Shown here piece by piece: positions 41,505 through 51,916 of a stretch of DNA of 64,000 nucleotides (its first letter is position 1; every line of letters begins with the position of its first letter). Below the pieces are notes generated by a model. It was given only the letters and a program-made list of their open reading frames with translations. It ran no database searches and was not told the DNA's origin. The position numbers and the translations under genes are program-made. Source of the DNA: a virus; IMG/VR virus record IMGVR_UViG_3300033150_000870, positions 4,329 to 68,328 of that record, one strand, 5' to 3'.

Positions 41505-42740
41505 ATGAATTTAGAGTTTGTCAGATTTTATAAGACATTCGCATATGGGAAAATAAAAGACTATATAGTAAGAATTGATAATACAGATCATTATTGTACT
41601 TGTCCGGGATGGAGAGGTTGGCATCTCCGCAAACCCGGATTCGAGTGCAAACATATTCGTTTTTTTAAAAATTTTCTTAATAATATCAATTACAAATTTA
41701 TGGAAGGTGATGTGAAAATGAGACTACCTTTTGCTATTCCTTGTTTAGACGAATTAACCGACGGTGGTCTCCCACTTGAAGATATGACTCTCATTACCGG
41801 TAATAAACAAGTAGGAAAAACAATATTAGCGGTTCAAACCCTTCATAACTTTATTGCGCAAACAAAACAAAACGGGCTCTACATTGTCACCGAAGGCGGG
41901 TTTATGCAGAATTTTTGGGCGCCGTGGAATGCTCGGTTTTGTGAGAAATTCAAGTTGGGGGATGTTCCGGTTGCACAGTTAATTATCAAACAGCAGATAC
42001 GGAAGGAGCATATAGTTCAAGAGAGAGGAAAGAAGAAAGAAAATGAGAATGCTCTTGATGTTCCTAAATTGAAAGGATTTGATTTGACGATAAAGATGGA
42101 TCCGGAATTATTAAAAAATGGGAGACTGACAAAGCCGGCGATTATTACTGCTTTCGTGCCAAACTTGTATTTGAACTTGGCGTTAGTGGGAAGACCCGGT
42201 ATTATAGAAACTAATGAGAAGGGTCACCAAAAGTGGCATCCATTTCCAAACCAAGCTCCATTCCCAGAATTAACTCCATTGGGAAGAATTATTGATAAAT
42301 ACAAGATAAAAATGCTTATAATTGATAGTATAACTTCGCCGATTAAATCAAGAATTAATTATGTATCTGGGAACGAGATGTGTCGGGCTAATATAGAGGC
42401 ACAATGGTTAGGATCACTATCGGAATTATGCCAGACATATAATACGACATTAATTGCGATTGCTCATATGGTTTCAAAGGGTTCTACCTATACAAGTATA
42501 AAAGAGGAGGTACCGTGGGGTGGTGATATTGTAGGGTATCATTTCAAGTATATATTACATCTTCGGCGGATGCCACAAAAAGTCAGTGGAGTTGCAGTAA
42601 AAGACTATCAAAACAAACGCCAAGTATATTTGCGCCGATGGGGAGATAAGGGTGATATGCAGTTGAATTCTGATGGTATGCCGGAATACCGGGTTATAGA
42701 AATTACTGATATGGGATATATTGATCCAAAAAAGAGGTGA
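41505..42740 (+). CDS. SWIM zinc finger fused to a RadA/RadB-family ATPase
   Basis: CTCP...CKH; LDELTDGGLP, GNKQVGKT, YIVTEGGF, IIDSIT and PWGG; internal GGTGA+ATG at 41718. Confidence 0.85.
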   Translation: MNLEFVRFYKTFAYGKIKDYIVRIDNTDHYCTCPGWRGWHLRKPGFECKHIRFFKNFLNNINYKFMEGDVKMRLPFAIPCLDELTDGGLPLEDMTLITGNKQVGKTILAVQTLHNFIAQTKQNGLYIVTEGGFMQNFWAPWNARFCEKFKLGDVPVAQLIIKQQIRKEHIVQERGKKKENENALDVPKLKGFDLTIKMDPELLKNGRLTKPAIITAFVPNLYLNLALVGRPGIIETNEKGHQKWHPFPNQAPFPELTPLGRIIDKYKIKMLIIDSITSPIKSRINYVSGNEMCRANIEAQWLGSLSELCQTYNTTLIAIAHMVSKGSTYTSIKEEVPWGGDIVGYHFKYILHLRRMPQKVSGVAVKDYQNKRQVYLRRWGDKGDMQLNSDGMPEYRVIEITDMGYIDPKKR

Positions 42741-43329
42741 TAGCATTGTATTGTAATCATATTTTTTTTACAGAGTCAGAATGTAGAAATGGTATATGTT
42801 TATGTGATGATTGTCGTAGTGAAGCAGGGTTTTTGTTGAGGAAGATATTTCATTCGATCAATTTATTTTTCGGCGCCATAAGAATGCTTCGGAGGTATAT
42901 AGAGGAATGGGGCGATGAAACGCCGGAATGGTCAATAATATTTTATATGAAGTTGGCGTTGATACAGTTCAAGGTGATCCCCCGATTTGTTAAGAAATTA
43001 GAGGAGATGTGTTGGGAATGAAGTGTGTGCATTGCGGGAAAGAGATAAAATGTCCGTTATGTGGAAGCCCGGATGTGTCATTTTTATATGGCCCGGAGTA
43101 TATAGTGGTATATTGTCAAGGTGAATGTAAGGATAAGGTGGATTACGGGTTTTTATTTACAAGGGATCACGAGTATGTGGGAAAGATTGGATGGACTGAG
43201 CCGGATAGGATGTTCCCGAATGGAGACCCGGCATTTGAGAGTTTCAAGCCCGGCTATAAAGTTAAGCGTTCATCATTTAAATTCCAAAAAAAACAAAAAA
43301 CTCTTGATTGTTGGATGGAAGATATTTAA
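42737..43329 (+). other. Two small Cys-rich CDSs (42737-43021, 43009-43329); the second ends in a PIP-box-like QKTLDCW
   Basis: CxxC motifs; overlapping start and stop codons. Confidence 0.55.
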
Positions 43330-43374
43330 GGTCATCTATTGACATATTTATAATTGAATATATGAGGTGGTTTA

Positions 43375-45036
43375 ATGCAAGGTTTAAATGACGAGGATTT
43401 AGAAGCAATCCAAGAAAAAATAAAAACTGAAAAAGGATGGGCAGATGCCCAGTTTGAATCCGAGTTTAATAAATATAAGAAAATATTGTTAGACCGGCTT
43501 GGTATGAATGAAGAGGATGTACCCTACGAGGCATTACTGATACAGTTTGCAACTCAACTTGATGTTCCACTTGACGAGTTCCGATATATCCCGGAAGTTG
43601 AAACCACGCCAATAGCAGAAATCAATCTCGAAACTTTTAAATCGACAGAAGAAGACCCCTTCGGAAATAAGGTCAATGCAATACGAGGAATGATCACATG
43701 GATACAAAAACGATACTATAACTCGAAAGAAGTTTCAGTGGATGATGTCGGAAATCAAATTGAAAACACTGTAAGAAGACCATACTACATCTACTATGTG
43801 AAAGACAAAACCGGCGAGATTCGTGGTAGCATCTTCACAAGGGGAGAAACCGCAGAAGACATTGAATCCATTATGGATGAAATAAATGTCGGAGACTATG
43901 TCCAAATAATCAATGTCCCCGTACGCGAAAAATATGAATATAATCGTGAAACCAAAACTCGTATCTCTACCGGCAAACCAGAACTAGGATGGTGGAAAAC
44001 GAGCGCAATCGACAAACTCACCGAAAAAGAGATTGATGACTCGCTACCCACCTTTGAAGAAGTATTCACCGCCGACACCTTTGATGATCTCCTACTCGGT
44101 GGATATAAAATAGCAACTATCACCATCCTCGAACCCCCGCAGATCGTAACATCCCGAAATGGTCGCAAGATGATGATATGTATGGCAATGGTCGGGGTCG
44201 GAAGCACCAATAAAGTCCAACAAGTACGAATACTATCTGAATGCGCCGAAAAACTCCCCGACGACATAAAACTATATTCATTTAGAGCCCTCATCCGATA
44301 CAATGAACTCGACCAAATGATCTATGTTGATAAATTCATATCCCAAGTAATGAAGATCGACTCCTATCTCGACAGCAAACAATCTTCGGCGCCAACAACA
44401 ACACCCAAACCCCGCACCCGCAAACGAAAAGTAACTGAATCAGTAGTGAGAAATATTATCGAAAAATTGGAATGTGATGAATTCACTCTTGATGATGTCT
44501 ATGATAACTTGGATGAAAAATATGAAGACATAGATGAAGACAAATTGAATGAACTAATACTAAAAATCTCTAATGTTAAAGAAATTGATAGTGGTGTATA
44601 TGAAGTCATAAAAAATACTGTAAATGAATCCCAAATCCGTGAAAGCATCTTTGCAAGTATCTCATCCGTGAATGATGTCGGGGGACTAACCTCTCTAATA
44701 GCATTCCAACTATCCATCAATAATGAAGATGTAAAAAATGTCATTGATAAAATGGTCGAAGAAGGAATACTCGAATTTTATGAAAACGGCAACCGCGTAA
44801 GAACTTCTTCGGCGCAAAAAACTTCAACCCCATCACTCCCGATAATGCGGAATACAAAGAAAAACCGTGAAGAAATATTAGAGTTTTTACGAGAAAAATA
44901 TTCAGATGAAGATATACATATAGAAGATGTTAATGAAGCATTACAAGCTGATGTATCAAACATATTTAACTTCTTGACAAGAAAAGGAGAAATATACAAG
45001 AAAAAAGAAGGGGTCTATAAATTACCATCTAAATAA
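43375..45036 (+). CDS. RPA-like multi-OB-fold SSB with C-terminal winged-helix domains
   Basis: EALLIQFATQLDV N-terminus, KDKTGEIRGSIF..VGDYVQI OB fold, and wHTH-like segments. Confidence 0.75.
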   Translation: MQGLNDEDLEAIQEKIKTEKGWADAQFESEFNKYKKILLDRLGMNEEDVPYEALLIQFATQLDVPLDEFRYIPEVETTPIAEINLETFKSTEEDPFGNKVNAIRGMITWIQKRYYNSKEVSVDDVGNQIENTVRRPYYIYYVKDKTGEIRGSIFTRGETAEDIESIMDEINVGDYVQIINVPVREKYEYNRETKTRISTGKPELGWWKTSAIDKLTEKEIDDSLPTFEEVFTADTFDDLLLGGYKIATITILEPPQIVTSRNGRKMMICMAMVGVGSTNKVQQVRILSECAEKLPDDIKLYSFRALIRYNELDQMIYVDKFISQVMKIDSYLDSKQSSAPTTTPKPRTRKRKVTESVVRNIIEKLECDEFTLDDVYDNLDEKYEDIDEDKLNELILKISNVKEIDSGVYEVIKNTVNESQIRESIFASISSVNDVGGLTSLIAFQLSINNEDVKNVIDKMVEEGILEFYENGNRVRTSSAQKTSTPSLPIMRNTKKNREEILEFLREKYSDEDIHIEDVNEALQADVSNIFNFLTRKGEIYKKKEGVYKLPSK

Positions 45037-45056
45037 TAAAGTGGTGGTGTGGGTTC

Positions 45057-46130
45057 ATGTTGGAATATTTTTTGCGCCATAAAACTAATATTTTGGAATT
45101 TACAAAGGATCGGCAGGTACAGTTAGCATATGGAATAGAAGACGGAAGAGTATTAATGACAAAACGATTTTTTTTAACTGAAGATAATTTCGAGAGGAAG
45201 ATGGGTATCCATAAGGGGTATAACAAATATCCAATGTGTATTCATGCGAGTGTGCATCGATATTTTTTTGCGCCCCGGAGGGCAGAGGGGGTGTATGCAT
45301 TAGACTATGTGATAGACATTGATGGGTCAGATTTCAAGAGTAATACTACCTATTTATTGGAAGTTTGTGAGATATTAAAGGAGCACGGGATTGAGAATTT
45401 TTATATAGTGGAGACGAATGGCACACATGAAGGGTATCAAATAAAGATAGATCAAGAGGCGTTTATGGATACTCGTGAATTCACACCACAAAAATGGAAT
45501 AAACTACGGAAGTTCTACACATATTCTACTTTTTTATTATCAGAATTGCTAAAGATTAACTGCTTGGAGCTGAAAATTGGTGATGAAATGTTTCGATGTG
45601 GTTGGGGCTTCAATGAAAAGAACGGGAATAAACTCTATATTATAAAGAACGAGGTACCTGACCCCTACGAGGGAGAAGAATATATGGAATGGGTGTTTAA
45701 GATGATGGAGCTGGAGTATTTCAAGACAGAGTTTCGGCGCAAAAAATGGAAAGAACCAGTCGCAATAAGGGGAAGTAAAAGAAAATATTACACCACGCCG
45801 AGATATTCGAGTATAAATAAAAGTGATCTTCCGCCATGTATCCAAATTGGGCTATATGAGAATGTGAAGCCGGGGAATCGAGAGAAATCAGTGTTTGCAT
45901 TATGGAGATATTTATCGAATGCGGGTTATACAAAGGAGGCGATAAGAGATTATATGATGGAATGGTATCGAATATTAAAAGAAAGAGGAATCGCTGATAA
46001 TGAAATGTTATACAAGATAAAGGAGAAACTCCAACGCCCATTGGGATATAACAAACCGTTATCATGTAATTATATGAAGCAAATTGGAATATGTGTTTAT
46101 AACTGTGGTAGGAGGAATCCATATGAATGA
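45057..46130 (+). CDS. Archaeo-eukaryotic primase, PriS-PriL fusion
   Basis: YVIDID catalytic motif; LPPCI...PLSCNYMKQIGIC..C Fe-S domain. Confidence 0.85.
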   Translation: MLEYFLRHKTNILEFTKDRQVQLAYGIEDGRVLMTKRFFLTEDNFERKMGIHKGYNKYPMCIHASVHRYFFAPRRAEGVYALDYVIDIDGSDFKSNTTYLLEVCEILKEHGIENFYIVETNGTHEGYQIKIDQEAFMDTREFTPQKWNKLRKFYTYSTFLLSELLKINCLELKIGDEMFRCGWGFNEKNGNKLYIIKNEVPDPYEGEEYMEWVFKMMELEYFKTEFRRKKWKEPVAIRGSKRKYYTTPRYSSINKSDLPPCIQIGLYENVKPGNREKSVFALWRYLSNAGYTKEAIRDYMMEWYRILKERGIADNEMLYKIKEKLQRPLGYNKPLSCNYMKQIGICVYNCGRRNPYE

Positions 46131-47304
46131 ATATTCTCTTATAAATATAATTAAAGTTAAAAAGTTATTTGAAGATGGGTATCCAAAAAAGCTAATTGCA
46201 AAAGAACTCGGATTGTCATTATATAAAGTTAATAAGATAGTGAATCTGTTAGGACTTAAGAAAGATTTTTGCGCAAGAAAGATATTCAAGGCAGATCGTG
46301 AGTATATACGAGAGCATTTTGGGAAGAAACCGACGACTGTAATTGCGAAGCATATAAACTGTAGTTCGGCAACGGTTCGTAAGATTGCAAAGGAAATGAA
46401 TATCCCGCCAAATAGAAAAAGATTAGATTATGAAGAAATAAAAAATGAGATACGAGAGATATTAAAAAAGCATAAGATATGCACGATTTATGAGATTGCG
46501 GAACATTCAAAATTTTCACTTTCATCAATTCGGAAGACAATAACTACTATAGATGATGTTATAATATTTCGTATTCTTTCAACAAGATCATCAGCTAAAT
46601 ATAGTTATTTAATAGATAAATCTGGGGTGCGAGGAAAAATATTATATGCAATTAATGTGGATGATGTCATTGATTATCTACTATCAAAAATAAGGAAACC
46701 GTATAGAGAACTAACAATCCCGGAGCTTCGACACCTATTCTATATAGTTAAAAAAGTATTTAATTGTAATAAAGAATATATAGAGAAATTCTATGCAAAG
46801 TATCGAGGAAAAGATGAACATATAATCCAAGAAATTATTCCCACTAATGAATATGAAGAAATAATATCGATAATTGAAAATGCGGGTGTTGATGTGAATT
46901 ATAAAGGCAGAAGAAATTGTGAAAAGATAAGAAATCTTATTAATGAACATGGGGTTGTCACCCATCAAATGATTATTACTATGTGTGGTATCCTTAACCC
47001 TCATATATATCTCAGATTCATCGGCGCAAAAAGATTTGCATTCAAAAACTATTCCCATCTCAATGTCAAACTCTATAAATTCTTTAATGAAAATATTGTG
47101 AGATCGAAGTATTACTATTATTTTGATGACGAGAAGGCAGTAGAATTTTTAATACGAAACTCCAATAAGCCAATCACCGAACTATCCGAATATAAATACA
47201 ATATTTTAAACAATATGTTCGATTCGATAGATATAGATCCGGAAATTAAAAGATTATATTTCGATGTGGAGATGTGGAAAAAATATGGAAGAATTCAGAA
47301 ATAA
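46084..47304 (+). CDS. Multi-HTH DNA-binding protein
   Basis: IAKELGLSLYKV, IAKHINCSSATV and EIAEHSKFSLSSI. Confidence 0.7.
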   Translation: MEYVFITVVGGIHMNEYSLINIIKVKKLFEDGYPKKLIAKELGLSLYKVNKIVNLLGLKKDFCARKIFKADREYIREHFGKKPTTVIAKHINCSSATVRKIAKEMNIPPNRKRLDYEEIKNEIREILKKHKICTIYEIAEHSKFSLSSIRKTITTIDDVIIFRILSTRSSAKYSYLIDKSGVRGKILYAINVDDVIDYLLSKIRKPYRELTIPELRHLFYIVKKVFNCNKEYIEKFYAKYRGKDEHIIQEIIPTNEYEEIISIIENAGVDVNYKGRRNCEKIRNLINEHGVVTHQMIITMCGILNPHIYLRFIGAKRFAFKNYSHLNVKLYKFFNENIVRSKYYYYFDDEKAVEFLIRNSNKPITELSEYKYNILNNMFDSIDIDPEIKRLYFDVEMWKKYGRIQK

Positions 47305-48448
47305 AATAATATGCGGGGACGCAAGAGATGTTTTGCGCCAGATACCAGCCAATTCGATTGATATGTGTATTACGAGTCCGCCGTATTGGGCGTTGCGACA
47401 GTATGATGTGGAGGATGTAGTATGGAACGACGGGTGGCAAGGACAGCTTGGGTTAGAGCCCGACTTCAGAGATTACATAAGACACTTGAAGGAAATATTC
47501 TCATTAGTAAAAAGAGTGATAAAGAAAGAGGGAAGCATCTGGGTTAATATCGGGGATACCTACTACACAAAATCGGGTGGTAAATTCTTGAACGACCAGA
47601 TCAGCAATAATGAAAGAACAAAAGAAGCCGGGTTAGATAAAGCCAATGAACTGCGCCAAAAAGGATTACTACCCCCAAAATGTCTGGTCGGCATCCCGGA
47701 ACGGTTCGCAATAATGATGACGGATGAACTTGGACTTATTCGGCGCAACACAATCATATGGCACAAACTCAATCCAATTCCTTCGAGTGCCTCTGATAGA
47801 TTTACTATCGATTTTGAATATCTTTATTTTTTCGTGAAGTCGCGTAAATATTATTTCGAGCAACAATTTGAGCCGGCATTACGAAAGATTCCAGCTGGTA
47901 AAGTAGTGGGCGGAAAAAAATATATTGGTATTTCGACATCGGGAACAGTATTTGATGATAGTAGAAAAACTCGAAATAAAAGATGTGTATGGTCATTATC
48001 AGTTCAACCATATTCAGAAGCTCATTTTGCTACATTTTCTCCCAATCTATTAGAAGTTCCGATTAAAGCATGTTGTCCGCAGTGGATATGTAAGAAATGT
48101 GGAATTCCTCGAATGCCTATCTTCAAAAAAATCAAACTAAAAGAAACGAATATTAAATATGGGGGTGTAAAACATGTTATATCAGAATGGAACAACAACC
48201 CAACTTATTCTGGGAAAAAATATGTGATTTATGATCATAAAGTTGGCTATACAAATTGTGGTTGCAATGCGGGGTTTGACAATGGGATTGTATTAGACCC
48301 GTTTATCGGCGCCGGAACTACTGCGGTGGTAGCTCGAAAGTTGGGTCGTAATTTTATAGGGATTGAATTGAGTAGGAAGTATATAGAGATAGCAAAGAGA
48401 CGACTAAGAAGAGAGATTGGAACTGAAATGATAAGTAAATATATATGA
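47264..48448 (+). CDS. Beta-class amino (N4-C/N6-A) DNA methyltransferase
   Basis: TSPPYW, HFATF and VLDPFIGAGTT. Confidence 0.93.
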   Translation: MWRCGKNMEEFRNKIICGDARDVLRQIPANSIDMCITSPPYWALRQYDVEDVVWNDGWQGQLGLEPDFRDYIRHLKEIFSLVKRVIKKEGSIWVNIGDTYYTKSGGKFLNDQISNNERTKEAGLDKANELRQKGLLPPKCLVGIPERFAIMMTDELGLIRRNTIIWHKLNPIPSSASDRFTIDFEYLYFFVKSRKYYFEQQFEPALRKIPAGKVVGGKKYIGISTSGTVFDDSRKTRNKRCVWSLSVQPYSEAHFATFSPNLLEVPIKACCPQWICKKCGIPRMPIFKKIKLKETNIKYGGVKHVISEWNNNPTYSGKKYVIYDHKVGYTNCGCNAGFDNGIVLDPFIGAGTTAVVARKLGRNFIGIELSRKYIEIAKRRLRREIGTEMISKYI

Positions 48449-49236
48449 GGGATAATATGAAGTTATTTGATGATTTTTTTCGGAGCATAAATTTCGATTA
48501 TAAGATCGTGGATGAATATAAGACAATCTATGTGTTGGTTTCAGGGGGCTATGATTCTACATTGTTGCTGGAATATTTTTCGGCGCATTATAGAGACAGA
48601 GTAGTGGCGGTGAATTGCTATAACCCGTATGAGAATAGTAGGACATTGAAAGAGATAAGAAAGAGATATAGATATATAGAGATCAAGCCGGCTAAGGGAT
48701 TGGATTACAAGCAGATATTAGAGGATGCATTTTTGATGTTAAATAGACAAGCAATCGAGAGACATAAAGGGGTGTATGACAAAAAGGGTTTTAATTGCTG
48801 TTATAATATCAAGCACAAGGCATTTCTTTCCGATCCGTTATTCAAACAGAGTGGTTGTGTGGTGATAAGTGGTATAAAGGCGGGAGATGGAAAGCATAGA
48901 TATTATTTTTTGAAGAAGATTAGGGATCAAGATACTTTTTTCCATCGGCATGCCGGCGGACAACTGTATTGCTATCCATTCCGAGACTATCGACATAAAG
49001 AATTACCACCCGAAATTAAACTGAAGTTAAAAGAAAAATATCCTACTATTTCCCACTCTGGTTGTGTAGTCTGTCCCGTTATTGTGTTATTTAACTTGGA
49101 AAAGGAATCATCACGATATTACCGATCATTAAATTATTTAAAAAGATTGATTGATGAAGGAAAATTTAAACCTAATAAATATCTATTAAAGTATAATCCA
49201 AAAATTGCTAATACATACTTGACAGAGGTGTTGTGA
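48445..49236 (+). CDS. PP-loop/PAPS-reductase-like protein
   Basis: VSGGYDS, CC..IK and SGCVVCP. Confidence 0.75.
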   Translation: MRDNMKLFDDFFRSINFDYKIVDEYKTIYVLVSGGYDSTLLLEYFSAHYRDRVVAVNCYNPYENSRTLKEIRKRYRYIEIKPAKGLDYKQILEDAFLMLNRQAIERHKGVYDKKGFNCCYNIKHKAFLSDPLFKQSGCVVISGIKAGDGKHRYYFLKKIRDQDTFFHRHAGGQLYCYPFRDYRHKELPPEIKLKLKEKYPTISHSGCVVCPVIVLFNLEKESSRYYRSLNYLKRLIDEGKFKPNKYLLKYNPKIANTYLTEVL

Positions 49237-49418
49237 TGAGACCGATTACCAAAAAAGCAATCTCCGTGATCTCCGGGTATTTTATAAGCCTTCCATTCTT
49301 CTTTTTCAATATCAACCCCTTCGTGAATTCCGTTATACTCTGTATCTTCTTCATCCTATACTACTACCTCGTCGATAAACTATTTGAAAAATACGAGTCC
49401 CGGAGGCGCAAAAAATAA
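49233..49418 (+). CDS. Small membrane protein
   Basis: Two hydrophobic segments; GAGGTG SD. Confidence 0.55.
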   Translation: MMRPITKKAISVISGYFISLPFFFFNINPFVNSVILCIFFILYYYLVDKLFEKYESRRRKK

Positions 49419-51871
49419 TACTCCTCAACATCGTCTATGACGGCAATCGCGGGTTTTTTTCAGCAGAGCAGTTTTGCGCCAAAATAAAATTCTATGATCC
49501 TACCACTGAGAAAATCATACTAAAGGAGATGCCGGATGAACACTACCCATATCTACTTGCAACCCGTTATGTCCATACCAACCACCCGGAACTCATTGAG
49601 ATTCAAAAGATAAAGAAATATAATCCACTTCTTGAACGCGAGGTTGAAATGTATAAATATATAACACGAACACCACTCGGCATTCCTTCCCTTAGACGGA
49701 TTATTGGTGAAGAATACTGTTATGAAGACCATATAAAATATGTACAGAATGTTATCTTCGACTTCCAACTTATACCGGGACTTGATTATGATCTTAATCT
49801 CTCTCTTTCGGCGCAAGACATCCCCCAGAAGTCCATTATAAAGCAATCAATCGAAAATAATCTCGGAAAAGAAGAAAAGAAATGGTTGGACTTGTATTTG
49901 GAGTGTCTTCTTGCGCCGATACCGGACATAAAGAGAGTGGCAGTAGATATAGAGGTGCATAGCAGTGATAATAGGATGCCGAATGTAAGGAGCGCGGAAG
50001 AGCCGGTAATTTCATTTGCATACTACGATGGGGTTCGTAAAGGTGTTATTAGTATTTGCGATCTATGTAATAAGAATGACTGTCCAAAAACGGCGCAAAA
50101 AAGAAAAGAATGCATCAACAACGGGGAAACTATTGAATTGGAACGGATGCTGATTGGGACTTTTCTTAATATTATAAATAGTTATCCAATGGTAGTGACT
50201 TTTAATGGCGATGAGTTTGACCTTAAATATATATTATACAGAGCAAAAAAATTAAGGGTAAGAAATGCCGACAAAATACTCTATCTTGATAAGTCTGGAT
50301 TTATGCATATTAAATATGGGGTGCATCTGGATTTATATCAATTTTGCCGACAAAAACCCGTTCAAGTGTATGCATTCAAAAAGAAATATAATAACTATGG
50401 ACTTGATAATATTGCAATTGCACTAATCGGAAAGGGGAAACTTGAAACTGATTTTGTGACAGAACTTGATAATGAAAAATTAAAAGAATATAACCTTATG
50501 GATGCGGAGATAACCTATGAACTCACAAGTTTTGATGACAATCTTATGTTAAAATTAATTATTCTTGTGATGCGGGTTTGCAAATGTGATTTCTTTTATG
50601 CCACACGATCATCCGGTATCACTTGGCTCGGAAATATGCTTGATTGGATACATCGCCAACAAAACTGGCTCATCCCCAAACGCGAAGACCTTGAAAGAAA
50701 ATCCAAAGAATCTAATATCAGTAAATCAATTATTGACGGGAAAAAATATCGCGGGGCGGTGGTGCTCGATAACAAGGAGGGAGTGTATTTCGGCGCCAAA
50801 ACCTACGACTTTGCAAGCTCATATCCATCTGCGATTTATCAATGGAACTTATCATATGAAACTGTAAATTGTAGTCATCGTGAATGTCGAGATAATAAGG
50901 TGCCGGATACCACTCATTGGGTTTGTGTGAAAAAGAGAGGAATGCTCGCAACACACATTGGTTTAATATTGCTATTGAGAACTAAATACTTTAAGCCACA
51001 TAAAAAAGATATAACCGGCGGGATTGCTATCGAACAGATACTTAAAGTCATTATGAATATGAGCTATGGAGTATTTGGAAATGAAGCATGTAATTATCAT
51101 TATCTCCCACTTAGTGACTGCACTACTGCTATTGGAAGGTTTAATATTCTCTCTGCAAAAGAGTTTGTTGAACGAAAATTCGGGAAAACACCCATACATG
51201 GAGATAGTGATTCTATTACCTACTATAACCCCAGTGAAGAACTTGAACGCGAACTATTTGATTTTGCACTAAAAGAACTAAAAGTTGAAATGGGCGTGGA
51301 TTATGATTGGCGATATGTAATATTTTCTCGGCGCAAAAAAATGTACATCGGCGTCGAACATAATGGTAATGTGGTGATAAAAGGACTTCAAGGTAAGAAA
51401 AAGAATACCCCCCCAATATTCAAGAGTGCATTCAAATTTATTACTGAGATATTAAGAGAAGTATATACCCCCGAAGACCTTGAAAATACCAAATTAATTA
51501 TCATAAAAACATTGAGGGGGGTTCGTGAGAAACTTCGGCGCCGGAAGGTGAAGCCGGAGGAAGTGGTGTTTGATGTTACTATTAGTAAGGAGACATGGAA
51601 ATATACAAAAGTGATACCACAACATATTCGAGCTGCAAAATTATACGAGCAGTTAGAGGGGGTGATGCTTGCGCCGGGTGATAGTGTTCAGTATATAAAG
51701 TGTAGGGATGGGTTGGTACAGCCGGTTAAGTATGCGGATGTGACGAAATTGGATGTAGCGGTTTATATCAAGCAATTAGAATCGACGATGAACCCTATAT
51801 TAGAGCCATTGGGAATCGATTTTGATAGTGAAATAAATGGCAGAAAAAGGTTAGATCAGTATTTTTCGTGA
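49415..51871 (+). CDS. polB: Family B DNA polymerase, PolB1-like; probable ATA start at 49415/49418 (track start 49529)
   Basis: Exonuclease motifs DIE, FNGDEFD, YNLMDA; polymerase motifs DFASSYPS, KVIMNMSYG, HGDSDS; upstream in-frame LLNIVYDG...KFYDP; C-terminal RLDQYF. Confidence 0.93.
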   Translation: MILLNIVYDGNRGFFSAEQFCAKIKFYDPTTEKIILKEMPDEHYPYLLATRYVHTNHPELIEIQKIKKYNPLLEREVEMYKYITRTPLGIPSLRRIIGEEYCYEDHIKYVQNVIFDFQLIPGLDYDLNLSLSAQDIPQKSIIKQSIENNLGKEEKKWLDLYLECLLAPIPDIKRVAVDIEVHSSDNRMPNVRSAEEPVISFAYYDGVRKGVISICDLCNKNDCPKTAQKRKECINNGETIELERMLIGTFLNIINSYPMVVTFNGDEFDLKYILYRAKKLRVRNADKILYLDKSGFMHIKYGVHLDLYQFCRQKPVQVYAFKKKYNNYGLDNIAIALIGKGKLETDFVTELDNEKLKEYNLMDAEITYELTSFDDNLMLKLIILVMRVCKCDFFYATRSSGITWLGNMLDWIHRQQNWLIPKREDLERKSKESNISKSIIDGKKYRGAVVLDNKEGVYFGAKTYDFASSYPSAIYQWNLSYETVNCSHRECRDNKVPDTTHWVCVKKRGMLATHIGLILLLRTKYFKPHKKDITGGIAIEQILKVIMNMSYGVFGNEACNYHYLPLSDCTTAIGRFNILSAKEFVERKFGKTPIHGDSDSITYYNPSEELERELFDFALKELKVEMGVDYDWRYVIFSRRKKMYIGVEHNGNVVIKGLQGKKKNTPPIFKSAFKFITEILREVYTPEDLENTKLIIIKTLRGVREKLRRRKVKPEEVVFDVTISKETWKYTKVIPQHIRAAKLYEQLEGVMLAPGDSVQYIKCRDGLVQPVKYADVTKLDVAVYIKQLESTMNPILEPLGIDFDSEINGRKRLDQYFS

Positions 51872-51916
51872 AAACATTTAAATGTAAGTTTGCTGTATAT
51901 GGTATTGTGATGATTT

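Noticed and set aside
49440-49482. Micro-intron in the polB 5' region
   Set aside because: I could not form a BHB; it is an in-frame short insertion only.
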